Source: Eubacteriales bacterium (GTDB taxonomy: Bacteria > Bacillota > Clostridia > Oscillospirales > CAG-272). From it: 50,857 bases of DNA. The notes beneath the pieces are model-generated. The model saw nothing but the letters and a program-made list of their open reading frames with translations, was not told the DNA's origin and searched no databases. The translations under genes were made by a program, and so were the position numbers. This document shows, piece after piece, positions 7,975 to 17,055 of this stretch. Each line of letters begins with the position of its first letter. Positions within the stretch are counted from its first letter, which is position 1. The stretch spans positions 1 through 50,857 of the forward strand of contig JAZTZC010000130.1 in the NCBI GenBank assembly GCA_045637265.1. The letters are read 5' to 3'.

Positions 7975-10200
7975 TTATACTCCACCATTCTCCGTCCGCG
8001 CAATGACCTCGTCCTTGACGTTTTCTGCCAAATTGACAAAATAATCGGAATATCCCGCCACACGGACAAGGAGTGTGCGGTAGTTTTCGGGATGCGCACG
8101 TGCTTCCAGAAGATCCTTTTTGTCGATGACATTGAACTGAATTTCAAAGCAGTCGTTTTCCATAAAGGTTCGGATAAAGCTGCACACCGCGGCATTGCCA
8201 TTTGGTGCTGTGATAAAGTTCTTTGCAAAACGGTAATTGGTCGCAATGCCGCCGATGCCCTTGCTCTGGTCGAGCTTGGCAATCGAGTGCATGACCGCCG
8301 TCGGACCGTTTTTGTCCATACCGCCGACAGCACCTAAATGCTCAGAAAGTGCATGTCCCGCATGGCGTCCGTCGGGTGTTGCGTCGGTGATATATCCCAT
8401 CTGTCCATGCACGACATACGCAAAGTAGCTGGGATGCGTCGTTCCGCCAATGGAAGACGAATATTTTTTGACCTCTCCGTCGATAAAATTGTAAATGTCA
8501 ACGGCAAGGGTATCAACGGAAGCATCGTCGTTGCCGAACTTCGCGGTGCGGTTGATGATATACTGCCGCATTGCCTCGTCATCTGCAAAGTCACTTCTGC
8601 ACATTCTGCCGAGTTCTCGCAGGGTCAGACGCTTTTCCTCATAGACCAACTGACGGATGGCAGACAGCGAATCGATGACATTGATGATGCCGGGGAAATT
8701 CGGATAATTGAAGTTATACCGTGTTCCGCCGACAGCAGCATCCTGCCCGCGTGCGATGCAGTCATTTAAGAACGCACTTGCAAGAGGAGATGCGGTATAA
8801 CGGCGGCGCAGCTCCGTCAGCCACAAAACACCGCCAACGTGCGACGCAATGATCTCCGCAATGACGGATTTGAACAGCGACAGGAATTTCTCCCACGTGT
8901 CAAGATCGTCAAGCGCAAAATCCACGTCATGTGCCAGATACGGATTCTGTTCCACACCGCCCCAGCCGGGACCGATGTTGTGCGTGAGCATGCCCACGGT
9001 ATACGGCTTTGTCTTTTCGTACAGAATGTATTCAAATGCTTTGCAGAGATTGACATACGGCGTTGCGACAAGGATATTGGAGGCGGCGATCGGCGTAATT
9101 TCAACGCAGGTGGAATGGATATAATCACGCGCGTCTTCCTCTGTGACACCGGCATCGCGCAGTCCGCGCTGAACTACACGGTCATTGAAGATCGCAGGAC
9201 GTGTGTAGCCCTCGGCGATAATCTCCATACACAGCCGCAGTAAATCTTCCGGCATATCCTCAGTATAACAGACGGAAACCGAGGGATTGATCAGTCCCGT
9301 AGTGCGGATGGCTTCAATGCACATGTAGGTCAGTTCATTCCAGACGGGTTTTCCGTCACGGTCCACACCACCGACCATCAGCGATGCCGGCCAGGAATCG
9401 TAAAGTTCATTGTGCTTGAAATAAAGCTGCTCAATCAGCTGCATCGCAAATTCCCGTGTGATGCGTCCCGCTGCAAGATCTGCCTGATAATACGGATAGA
9501 GATAACGGTCGGGATGTCCCGTCAGCGTGATATCATCAATGAGTGCCAGCGCGAACTGGACAAACCACATGCTCTGGATTGCCTCATAAAAAGTTCTTGC
9601 AGGCTTTGCGGGAACGCGCGTGAAGATGTCAGACAACACCAAAAGCTGTGTACGGCGTTCTTCATTTTCTGTCTGTTCGGCGTATGCGGCAAGCGTCTCG
9701 GATGTACGTTTGCCAAAACGGATCAATGCCGACAACGAAATTTCCATGGACTGATAGGTGACATCCTTTTCGTGCATCGCGGGGTCCTGCAGAGAAAGTG
9801 CGGCACGATGTTCCTTCACACGTGCAAGAACCCCCTCCACGCCTTCGCACAGAAGCAGTTCATAATCGATGACACGGTGACCTGTGGATGCCGTTTTTGC
9901 TCCTGCGATAAAGTCGCCGGCAGCATGGATGATATTCTGTGCATCAGCAACCTCAGCACGCTCCTCATCCGTCATGGTATAGTTCAGAGAATACCGTCCG
10001 ACGAGCAAATCGAAGTCACTGACCTCCACGGTATAGTGGTCAAACATGTATGCATCCATTTTCGCACGGCGCAGATTGTGGAACAGCTCTCCGCGCGTTT
10101 CGAGAAAGCCCTTATGATAGAGATAATGGCGTTCTTCCCATTTGCGCCCATTGCGTCCGTTTTCAAACGCGGCGGTTTTGATTTCGGCATTGGTCATCAT
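7975..10200 (-). CDS. glycyl radical enzyme (pyruvate formate-lyase-like superfamily, substrate unknown)
   Basis: The track ORF starts at 10245. A GGAGG RBS (rc of about 10211..10215) sits 10 nt before the ATGATG at 10200, giving 741 aa. C-terminal glycyl-radical fingerprint LLVRVAGYSDYFVNL. Candidate thiyl loop IHSTCVEITP (Cys-x-Glu). PFL-like body motifs (GGTRYNFNYPNFPG, TPDGRHAG). Confidence 0.85.
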   Translation of the reverse strand: MMTNAEIKTAAFENGRNGRKWEERHYLYHKGFLETRGELFHNLRRAKMDAYMFDHYTVEVSDFDLLVGRYSLNYTMTDEERAEVADAQNIIHAAGDFIAGAKTASTGHRVIDYELLLCEGVEGVLARVKEHRAALSLQDPAMHEKDVTYQSMEISLSALIRFGKRTSETLAAYAEQTENEERRTQLLVLSDIFTRVPAKPARTFYEAIQSMWFVQFALALIDDITLTGHPDRYLYPYYQADLAAGRITREFAMQLIEQLYFKHNELYDSWPASLMVGGVDRDGKPVWNELTYMCIEAIRTTGLINPSVSVCYTEDMPEDLLRLCMEIIAEGYTRPAIFNDRVVQRGLRDAGVTEEDARDYIHSTCVEITPIAASNILVATPYVNLCKAFEYILYEKTKPYTVGMLTHNIGPGWGGVEQNPYLAHDVDFALDDLDTWEKFLSLFKSVIAEIIASHVGGVLWLTELRRRYTASPLASAFLNDCIARGQDAAVGGTRYNFNYPNFPGIINVIDSLSAIRQLVYEEKRLTLRELGRMCRSDFADDEAMRQYIINRTAKFGNDDASVDTLAVDIYNFIDGEVKKYSSSIGGTTHPSYFAYVVHGQMGYITDATPDGRHAGHALSEHLGAVGGMDKNGPTAVMHSIAKLDQSKGIGGIATNYRFAKNFITAPNGNAAVCSFIRTFMENDCFEIQFNVIDKKDLLEARAHPENYRTLLVRVAGYSDYFVNLAENVKDEVIARTENGGV

Positions 10201-10320
10201 GGCGTGGTTTCCTCCGTCATAAACAAATATATTTGTCTTCATCATATCATATCACGTGTCGGTTGTCAAGGGAAATCTGTACGGATCGGAACAGTTTTTT
10301 CTTGATTTTTCATCCTGCTC

Positions 10321-10349
10321 TTGCACTCGTCGGCAAATGGTGGTATAAT
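10321..10349 (+). promoter_or_regulatory. SigA-type promoter for the lipoprotein gene
   Basis: TTGCAC (10321..10326), 17 nt, extended -10 TGgTATAAT (TATAAT 10344..10349). A GGAGG RBS precedes the ATG at 10387. Confidence 0.5.
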
Positions 10350-10386
10350 GGACGCATCAAAGAAATAATTACGGAGGTTTCTCAAT

Positions 10387-12819
10387 ATGATCATAAGCAA
10401 ACAGGTACGAAATATCCTCCTTTGGCTGTGCTGTTTTACGATGCTTACCGTCTGGCTCACTGCATGCAATTCAGATGACAGCAGCGCAGATGACACAACG
10501 GCTGCCGATTCTGTCCCGACAATCATCGCCGAAACCGATGCCGAAACACTTCCGGCGGGAATCAAAAGCGATAGACAGATCTGGCGCGATCTGTACGACG
10601 CGAATGAAAGCAAGGAAGCATTGCAGATCATGGCAGAAGAAACAGCCGGCTTCCGTTTTTCCGTCAATGCGCCGTTTGACCGTCTGACCGTCTGCTGTCC
10701 GTCATGGTCGGACAACATCGGTACGATGCGCTTCACCCTTTACGCATGGGAAAAGAACCACGAGATCACGACCCAGGGAACAGCACTGGCTACCGAGCTT
10801 TATGTCGATTACAATGACAACGCCGATCTGGATTTCGCCTTTGATACAATGCCTGCGGGCGAATATTATCTGTACATCAGCGAAACCGAGCAGTCGGTCG
10901 GTGTGTGGAATTACTTTTCCGCGGTTTCCGGCGGTATTGTATATAAGAACGGTCAGGAATTCCCGGGCGAGTTTCAGGCATCGATTCATTTCACGATGAC
11001 ACCTGAGCAGCCGTTCAATCCCTGTTCCTCACAGATCGATCTGAATACCATCGTCAAAACACCCGATCCCGTCGTATATCCCGAGGATCACATTCTCAAT
11101 GTCCGTGCTGCACAGCCCTCCTCCTGGGATGCTGTTGACGGTCTGGGACGTGTACTGCCGTCCAATGAGGAAACCGGTGACGTTCGCGAAGACAAATTCG
11201 TAGGGCTTTTCTACTGGACCTGGCATGCTGCCATCGGATCGCACAATGAAGCACGCAACAACACCGAGATCATAGCGGAATATCCCGAGGCGAAAAATGA
11301 TGTCAATCATCCCGTCTGGAAAAGCATCGGAGAATCCAATCACTGGGATGAACCGCTTTATGGCTATTATACGACCGTTGACAAGTGGGTTCTGCGCCGT
11401 CATGCGGAAATTCTTGCCGATGCGGGTGTCGATGTTATCATCTTTGATAACACAAACGGCATCCAGACATGGCGTTCTTCCTATATCACGCTGATGGAAG
11501 TCTTTGCCGAAGCACGTGCAGACGGTGTCAATACGCCGCAGATCGCATTCCTGCTTCCGTTCTCCGCAGGAGAAAACACGAATGTCCAGCTGCAGAATCT
11601 GTATCTTGACATTTACCGCGATCCCAAATATCAGGAGCTGTGGTTTTACTGGAAAGGCAAGCCGCTGATTATGGCATATCCCGATGATCTTGACCGCAAC
11701 GATCCTTTGCAGGGTGAAATTTATGATTTCTTCACCTTCCGTCCCGGTCAGCCGTCCTATACACAGGGTTCCACCCACAAGAATCAATGGGGATGGCTGT
11801 CTATCTACCCGCAGCAGGTCTATAAAAATAAGGACGGCACACCGGAGCAGATCACCGTCGGTGTCGCACAGAACCATTCCGCAGAGCTTGGTCTGACCGC
11901 GATGAACGGCGAAAATATCTTCGGACGCACCTACACGTCAAAGGGTTACGATACCCGTGAGGATGCCGTTTTGTGGGGTGCCAATTTAGAGGAACAGTTT
12001 GAATACGCGCTGGAGGTCGATCCCGAATTCATCTTCATCACAGGCTGGAACGAATGGATTGCAAGCCGCGTGGAGGAGTGGCAGGGTGTTGCCAATGCCT
12101 TCCCCGACCAGTTTGACGTTACCAACAGCCGCGACATCGAACCGTCTGCGGGTATTCTGAAAGACCACTATTACTATCAGATGGCATCTTATATCAGACG
12201 CTTCAAAGGCACGGAAGCATCCCCTGTATCGACAGAAGAACTTACCATCGATATTCACGGCGATACAGCACAGTGGGACAATGTTCCGGCACAATACTAC
12301 GCCTACATCGGCAACACCGATGACCGTGATGCCGACGGATATATCGGAACACACTATACAAACACCTCCGGACGCAATGATATTGTCCTTGCCCGTGCAG
12401 CACATGATGCGAACAACCTCTATTTCTATGTCGAATGTCTGGAGAATATCACGGCAGAGACCGATCCCGCATGGATGCGTCTGCTTCTGAACACCGCGGA
12501 ATCGGAGGATGCATGGGAAGGCTACGAATATATCCTCAACCGCGAAACCGCCGGTGTTCTGGAACGGTCCCGCGGCGGCTGGGATTGGGAGCAGGTCGGC
12601 ACGGTTGACTATGCGGTCAGCGGTAAAGTCCTTCAGGTTTGTATTCCAAAATCCCTGCTCGGTATTACGGAAGAGGAATTCATTCTGCGCTTCAAGTGGG
12701 CGGACAACAATCTGACCGAAAACGAAGCCGGTGAGGTTGACATTCTCGACTTCTATCAGTACGGCGATGCCGCACCCGGTGCGAGATACCAGTATCGGTA
12801 TACGGTGAAGAATCCGTAA
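10387..12819 (+). CDS. large secreted lipoprotein, putative glycoside hydrolase (TIM-barrel-like core, family not assignable by eye)
   Basis: 810 aa. Signal peptide with lipobox LTAC (MLTVWLTACNSDD). The central region has motifs reminiscent of GH99/GH71-like hydrolases (FVGLFYWTWH, DEPLYGYYTTVDKWVLRRHAEILADAGVDVIIFDNTN, FIFITGWNEWIASR). The C-terminal part looks like a beta-sandwich. Confidence 0.5.
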   Translation: MIISKQVRNILLWLCCFTMLTVWLTACNSDDSSADDTTAADSVPTIIAETDAETLPAGIKSDRQIWRDLYDANESKEALQIMAEETAGFRFSVNAPFDRLTVCCPSWSDNIGTMRFTLYAWEKNHEITTQGTALATELYVDYNDNADLDFAFDTMPAGEYYLYISETEQSVGVWNYFSAVSGGIVYKNGQEFPGEFQASIHFTMTPEQPFNPCSSQIDLNTIVKTPDPVVYPEDHILNVRAAQPSSWDAVDGLGRVLPSNEETGDVREDKFVGLFYWTWHAAIGSHNEARNNTEIIAEYPEAKNDVNHPVWKSIGESNHWDEPLYGYYTTVDKWVLRRHAEILADAGVDVIIFDNTNGIQTWRSSYITLMEVFAEARADGVNTPQIAFLLPFSAGENTNVQLQNLYLDIYRDPKYQELWFYWKGKPLIMAYPDDLDRNDPLQGEIYDFFTFRPGQPSYTQGSTHKNQWGWLSIYPQQVYKNKDGTPEQITVGVAQNHSAELGLTAMNGENIFGRTYTSKGYDTREDAVLWGANLEEQFEYALEVDPEFIFITGWNEWIASRVEEWQGVANAFPDQFDVTNSRDIEPSAGILKDHYYYQMASYIRRFKGTEASPVSTEELTIDIHGDTAQWDNVPAQYYAYIGNTDDRDADGYIGTHYTNTSGRNDIVLARAAHDANNLYFYVECLENITAETDPAWMRLLLNTAESEDAWEGYEYILNRETAGVLERSRGGWDWEQVGTVDYAVSGKVLQVCIPKSLLGITEEEFILRFKWADNNLTENEAGEVDILDFYQYGDAAPGARYQYRYTVKNP

Positions 12820-12833
12820 TTTCATATGTATTC

Positions 12834-12870
12834 GAAGAACGACTGTGGTGAACTGCGGTCGTTCTTTTTT
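12834..12870 (+). terminator. intrinsic terminator after the lipoprotein gene
   Basis: GAAGAACGAC (12834..12843) pairs with GTCGTTCTT (12858..12866). Followed by a T-run to 12870. Confidence 0.65.
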
Positions 12871-12874
12871 CCCC

Positions 12875-12931
12875 TTGACAGAAGAAACGATATATGATAT
12901 AATATCGTTAATCGATATCGTATAACGATAT
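12875..12931 (+). promoter_or_regulatory. padR promoter overlapped by two palindromic operator candidates
   Basis: TTGACA (12875..12880), 17 nt, TATAAT (12898..12903). Inverted repeat AACGATAT (12886..12893) / ATATCGTT (12902..12909) brackets the -10. A second inverted repeat, ATATCGT-ATA-ACGATAT (12915..12931), lies just downstream. The same ACGATAT half-site occurs four times. Confidence 0.55.
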
Positions 12932-12952
12932 TGGAGAAAGGCGGTAACTGAA

Positions 12953-13336
12953 ATGCCAAAAAAATCACTTGGAACACTGACAGAATCCATGTTTTATGTT
13001 CTGCTTTCCATGCGCGGGATGTCTTCCCTGTGCGGAACGGAAATTGCCGCACGGATCGGCAAGATCGGCGGAGGTGCAGTGGAAATCGGCCCTGCGACGC
13101 TGTATACGGTGCTCGGAAAATTCAGAGAAGCCGGATACATTGAAGAAATCGCAGAGGAACCCGGCTTTGGACGGATGCGTTCCTACCGTCTGACCGATCT
13201 TGGATGTGCCGCATGCGACAAGGAATATGACCGTCTGCGCCGCTGTATTGCGGATGCGGATGCCGTATGGAATCATGAGATGAGGTATACCGATGAAACT
13301 ATCAAGAATTCAGATCCCGCCCTGCAGACCGTATGA
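12953..13336 (+). CDS. PadR family transcriptional regulator
   Basis: 127 aa. Winged-helix pattern LTESMFYVLLSM...GTEIAARI...IGPATLYTVLGKFREAGYIEE, typical of PadR. Confidence 0.85.
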   Translation: MPKKSLGTLTESMFYVLLSMRGMSSLCGTEIAARIGKIGGGAVEIGPATLYTVLGKFREAGYIEEIAEEPGFGRMRSYRLTDLGCAACDKEYDRLRRCIADADAVWNHEMRYTDETIKNSDPALQTV

Positions 13337-14552
13337 GATCAATGCTGCCGAGACATGGCTTTCTGATATGAGCGAAGCAGGACTCCATCCCGAGCACGAT
13401 TTTATTTTTGCGGGATTGGTTTTTTTCGAGCGCGGAGAACGGCGGCGGTATCGCTATCGGTTTGATATTGCAAAGCCGCCGACCATGTTTGACGATGGCG
13501 GTGTCGATGCGGAACAGCAGCTGCTCTGTGCCGATGCGGGATGGGAGCTTTGCGGCATTTGGGGCGACTTTGCGGTATACCGTTCTCCGCAGGATGAATC
13601 CGACGAAATACCCGAACTGCACACCGATCCTGCACTCCATGCCGCGGCATACAAAAAGGTCCGCCGTCGTGCATTTGGCTCTCTGATCTGGATCGTCGTT
13701 TTAGCAATTGTCTGGGTAAACATGATGTTCGGCGGTACGGCACTTCTGGATGCGGTTCTCGGCGTGGGACTGGTCAGTCGACTGCTGTCAGCGTTGATTA
13801 TTTTATGGGGGCTGTATCTCGGTGTTGAGCATTGGTTTTCGATGCATACATATTGCCGAAGATTACAGCGTCAAGCACGTGGACAGGAACCGCCTTCGAC
13901 CGAAGATGAGGATATCCGCGAGGAACGCCGCTGGCAGAGCCGTGCGTGGCACCGTCGGCTTTCGTTTGTATGCAGTATTCTTCTGATCGGCGCATGGCTG
14001 TGCTCGGGCTTTGTTTCGTTTCTGCGCGCAGCAGATGACCAAAACACCCTGCCGCTTGCGGGAAACGAAGAAACGCTTCCCTTTGCGCTGATGCAGGATC
14101 TGTACGAGGACAGCACCTTTTCCTATTCATCCATGGACTGGACAAACGAAATCCGCCGGCATGACGATATCCTTATCCCCGTGCATTTACAGGTACTGCA
14201 AAACGGTACAGTTACCTATCCCGATGGGACATCAAAGAGCGGCGGTCTGACCGTTCGCTATATTGAAACCATATCGGAAGATTTTACCGACCTGCTCGCT
14301 CGACAGTACCGTCATTCCGATGAGCGCGACAAGCATTTCGGCGGTTACCGCGACCTTTCGCCGGAGGTTATCGACTGCATTGCCGCTGTCGGCGATGACA
14401 TGGAGGTATTCGCCTATACCGCGCGCTTTCCGACTGTGCTGATCCGTCATGGGAAAATGCTGTTATACGTCAATTACTACGGCGAGGCCTATACTTCTCC
14501 CGATGCCGTCATTTTTGCAATGACAGAGCGTTTGATTGCACCCCGTTCATGA
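13293..14552 (+). CDS. DUF2812 domain membrane protein (PadR partner)
   Basis: 419 aa. Overlaps the padR 3' end by 44 nt. The N-terminal AETWLSDMSEAGLHPE motif is typical of DUF2812. Several TM helices follow (LIWIVVLAIVWVNMMF, LLSALIILWGLYLGV, FVCSILLIGAWLCSGFV). A GAGG lies 8 nt before the ATG. Confidence 0.7.
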   Translation: MKLSRIQIPPCRPYEINAAETWLSDMSEAGLHPEHDFIFAGLVFFERGERRRYRYRFDIAKPPTMFDDGGVDAEQQLLCADAGWELCGIWGDFAVYRSPQDESDEIPELHTDPALHAAAYKKVRRRAFGSLIWIVVLAIVWVNMMFGGTALLDAVLGVGLVSRLLSALIILWGLYLGVEHWFSMHTYCRRLQRQARGQEPPSTEDEDIREERRWQSRAWHRRLSFVCSILLIGAWLCSGFVSFLRAADDQNTLPLAGNEETLPFALMQDLYEDSTFSYSSMDWTNEIRRHDDILIPVHLQVLQNGTVTYPDGTSKSGGLTVRYIETISEDFTDLLARQYRHSDERDKHFGGYRDLSPEVIDCIAAVGDDMEVFAYTARFPTVLIRHGKMLLYVNYYGEAYTSPDAVIFAMTERLIAPRS

Positions 14553-14612
14553 AAAACGATACGGTTTTGCGTGCTTTTTCTCTGCGCACAATGACAAAGA
14601 TGCAAAAACCTC

Positions 14613-14641
14613 TTGATTTTTCGGCGATTTTTTGATATAAT
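14613..14641 (+). promoter_or_regulatory. SigA-type promoter
   Basis: TTGATT (14613..14618), 17 nt, TATAAT (14636..14641). Upstream of the 14710 gene. Confidence 0.45.
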
Positions 14642-14709
14642 AATTATATGCATATTAAAAATTCACCCATATTTTCCGAAGAAATCATACATAAGAGAGG
14701 TTCAATGCA

Positions 14710-15786
14710 TTGAAACCAATGGATATCTATTCGGGGACGGCGCAGTTCTGCCGCTTAAAGTTCCTGCTCGGACTTGGCATGACACTGCTGACGACGCTGC
14801 TGTATGTCGTTATGGTCGGTCTTCCGACACTTGCCGCAGTATGGCTGTCCTACATCCTGCTTCCCTTCTGGGCGGCGCTGTCGGTGTTCCTCTGTGTCAA
14901 GCTCTACCGCTCGGTTGGTTACCGCATCGACGGCGGTCATATCGCGATCATCACAGGTGCCATAGCCGACGGATACATTCCGCGCAACAGCGTTTCCCTG
15001 TCACAGGATCTTGTAACACAGCGCTTCCGTATTCCCAAAAACTATTTTACCGCAAAAAAACTGATCTCCGCATCCACGATGGAACTGAATACCGTCTTCA
15101 CCCGTGCATCTTCCCTGGTCGGAGAGCTCCCCGGCATGAAGCTGATGGTGGAGATGGGACGGCAGTTTCTCCGCATCCATCTTGCGTATATGAATCACGC
15201 ATGTCTTGCCTACACCTTTTTCCGCGGAGATGAAGGGCTTTATCTGAGCGCATCCGAGGGCTGTGCCATTTTTGCCATCAACTGGAAACAGCTGACCAAA
15301 AATGCATCCGACATCGCCATTCTCATGAGCGCAGGCATCGCCGTTCTGACAGCGGCACTCGGCATCGCGCTATTTTCGCTGATGAATGTACTCGGCATGG
15401 ACAAGTTTGCTTATTTCGGCATCATTCTCGCGCTGATGCTGGTTCTGTGCATCAAGCACGCGTTTGTCGATTCCTTTTTGTCGATCTACTTTATCAATAT
15501 GTATATGCGTCTGGCGGAATTTTCCGAGCCGAGCCGTGACTTTTTCCTGCGTCTGGAAAAGCTGTCTCCTGCCTTTGCGCGCATGGCAAGCCTTGCCAAC
15601 GGCAAATTCCCGACACCGAAAAAGTCTCACACCACCGCACGTATGCAAAAGAAAAACGCCCGCCGTATACCGCCGCAGAGAATGCCCGATGCACGTCACA
15701 CGCTGATCTGCCCGCGCTGCCGTACCGCCAATCTGCCGACAGCAAAGTTCTGTGCGGGATGCGGTGCACAGTTAAAGTGGCGATAA
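14710..15786 (+). CDS. polytopic membrane protein with C-terminal zinc-ribbon
   Basis: 358 aa. Probable TTG start at 14710, 9 nt after GAGAGG; the alternative ATG at 14719 is in frame. Four or more hydrophobic helices, a basic linker, then CPRC-x11-CAGC (LICPRCRTANLPTAKFCAGCGAQL). No family recognised. Confidence 0.5.
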   Translation: MKPMDIYSGTAQFCRLKFLLGLGMTLLTTLLYVVMVGLPTLAAVWLSYILLPFWAALSVFLCVKLYRSVGYRIDGGHIAIITGAIADGYIPRNSVSLSQDLVTQRFRIPKNYFTAKKLISASTMELNTVFTRASSLVGELPGMKLMVEMGRQFLRIHLAYMNHACLAYTFFRGDEGLYLSASEGCAIFAINWKQLTKNASDIAILMSAGIAVLTAALGIALFSLMNVLGMDKFAYFGIILALMLVLCIKHAFVDSFLSIYFINMYMRLAEFSEPSRDFFLRLEKLSPAFARMASLANGKFPTPKKSHTTARMQKKNARRIPPQRMPDARHTLICPRCRTANLPTAKFCAGCGAQLKWR

Positions 15787-15819
15787 CCACCATTGTTTCA
15801 TATAGAGGATCCAATCGTT

Positions 15820-17055
15820 ATGTCTGAAAGAATCTATCCTGCCGTTACCGTCGATGACCGCTGTGAAGCACGCGTCCGCGCAGGTCACGTCTGGGTTTAT
15901 GAATCCGATGTCAAGGAATGTTCTGTTACACCCGAGAACGGCGCACTCTGTGATGTTTTTTCCCGCCGCGGACGGTATCTGGGTACCGGCTTTTTCAACG
16001 CCGCATCCAAAATCCGCGTCCGTATGCTGTCAACCAATGCCAACGACCGCTTTGACGATCTGTTCTGGGAACGCCGTGTGCGATATGCCATCGAATACCG
16101 CCGTGCGGTTATGGCATCGGAAGCGGATTTTCTCTGCTGCCGTCTGATCTTCGGTGAAGCCGATCAGTTCCCCGGGTTGACCGTCGACCGCTTCGGCGAT
16201 GTACTGGTCACCGAAACACTGTCACTTGGCATTGAGTTGCGCAAGGATGTGATTTTCCCTGCCATCGTCCGTGTACTTGCCGAGATAGGTGTTCCCGTCC
16301 GTGCCATTTATGAACGCAACAATGTCGCCATCCGCCGTCTGGAAGGCATGGAAGAAACGGTCGGTTTCTATCACTGCGATGGTCTTTGTGAAAACCCGTC
16401 AATGACGGAAGCTATGATCTGCGAAAACGGCATTACCTACCATGTGGACTTCATGCACGGACAGAAGACCGGTTTCTTCCTTGACCAGAAGTACAACCGT
16501 CTTGCCGCCGCCAAGCTCGCTCGCGGACGTACAGTCCTTGACTGCTTCACGCACACCGGCTCCTTTGCACTCAATGCGGCAAAAGCAGGTGCGGCACACG
16601 TCGATGCGGTCGATATTTCCGCCGACGCGATTGCCATGACGCGCCGCAATGCAGAGGAAAACGGACTTGCCGATCGCATGGACTTCATCTGTGCCGATGT
16701 GTTTGCGTATCTTGACGAGCTGAACGCAAAGAAACAGCGCAAGTACGACATGATTATCCTCGACCCTCCGGCCTTTACCAAGAGTGCCGGAACAGTCAAC
16801 AACGCCTATGCTGGTTACCGCGAGATTAACCGCAAAGCGCTGCAGCTGCTTCCGCGCGGCGGATATTTTGCGACGGCTTCCTGCTCGCACTTTATGCCGT
16901 CCGAGCTGTTCTGCAAGATGCTGCGTGAGGCGGCGTATGATGCCCGTGTGACCCTGCGGCAGATTGAGGCGCGTCAGCAGTCACCCGATCATCCGATTTT
17001 ATGGACGGTGCCGGAGACGGATTATCTGAAATTTTATTTGTTCCAGGTCATATGA
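15820..17055 (+). CDS. class I SAM-dependent rRNA (cytosine-C5) methyltransferase, RlmI-like
   Basis: The track start is 15793. ATG 15820 follows an AGAGGA RBS. PUA-like N-terminus, SAM motif LDCFTHTGSFALNAA, catalytic-region DMIILDPPAF. Confidence 0.8.
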   Translation: MSERIYPAVTVDDRCEARVRAGHVWVYESDVKECSVTPENGALCDVFSRRGRYLGTGFFNAASKIRVRMLSTNANDRFDDLFWERRVRYAIEYRRAVMASEADFLCCRLIFGEADQFPGLTVDRFGDVLVTETLSLGIELRKDVIFPAIVRVLAEIGVPVRAIYERNNVAIRRLEGMEETVGFYHCDGLCENPSMTEAMICENGITYHVDFMHGQKTGFFLDQKYNRLAAAKLARGRTVLDCFTHTGSFALNAAKAGAAHVDAVDISADAIAMTRRNAEENGLADRMDFICADVFAYLDELNAKKQRKYDMIILDPPAFTKSAGTVNNAYAGYREINRKALQLLPRGGYFATASCSHFMPSELFCKMLREAAYDARVTLRQIEARQQSPDHPILWTVPETDYLKFYLFQVI

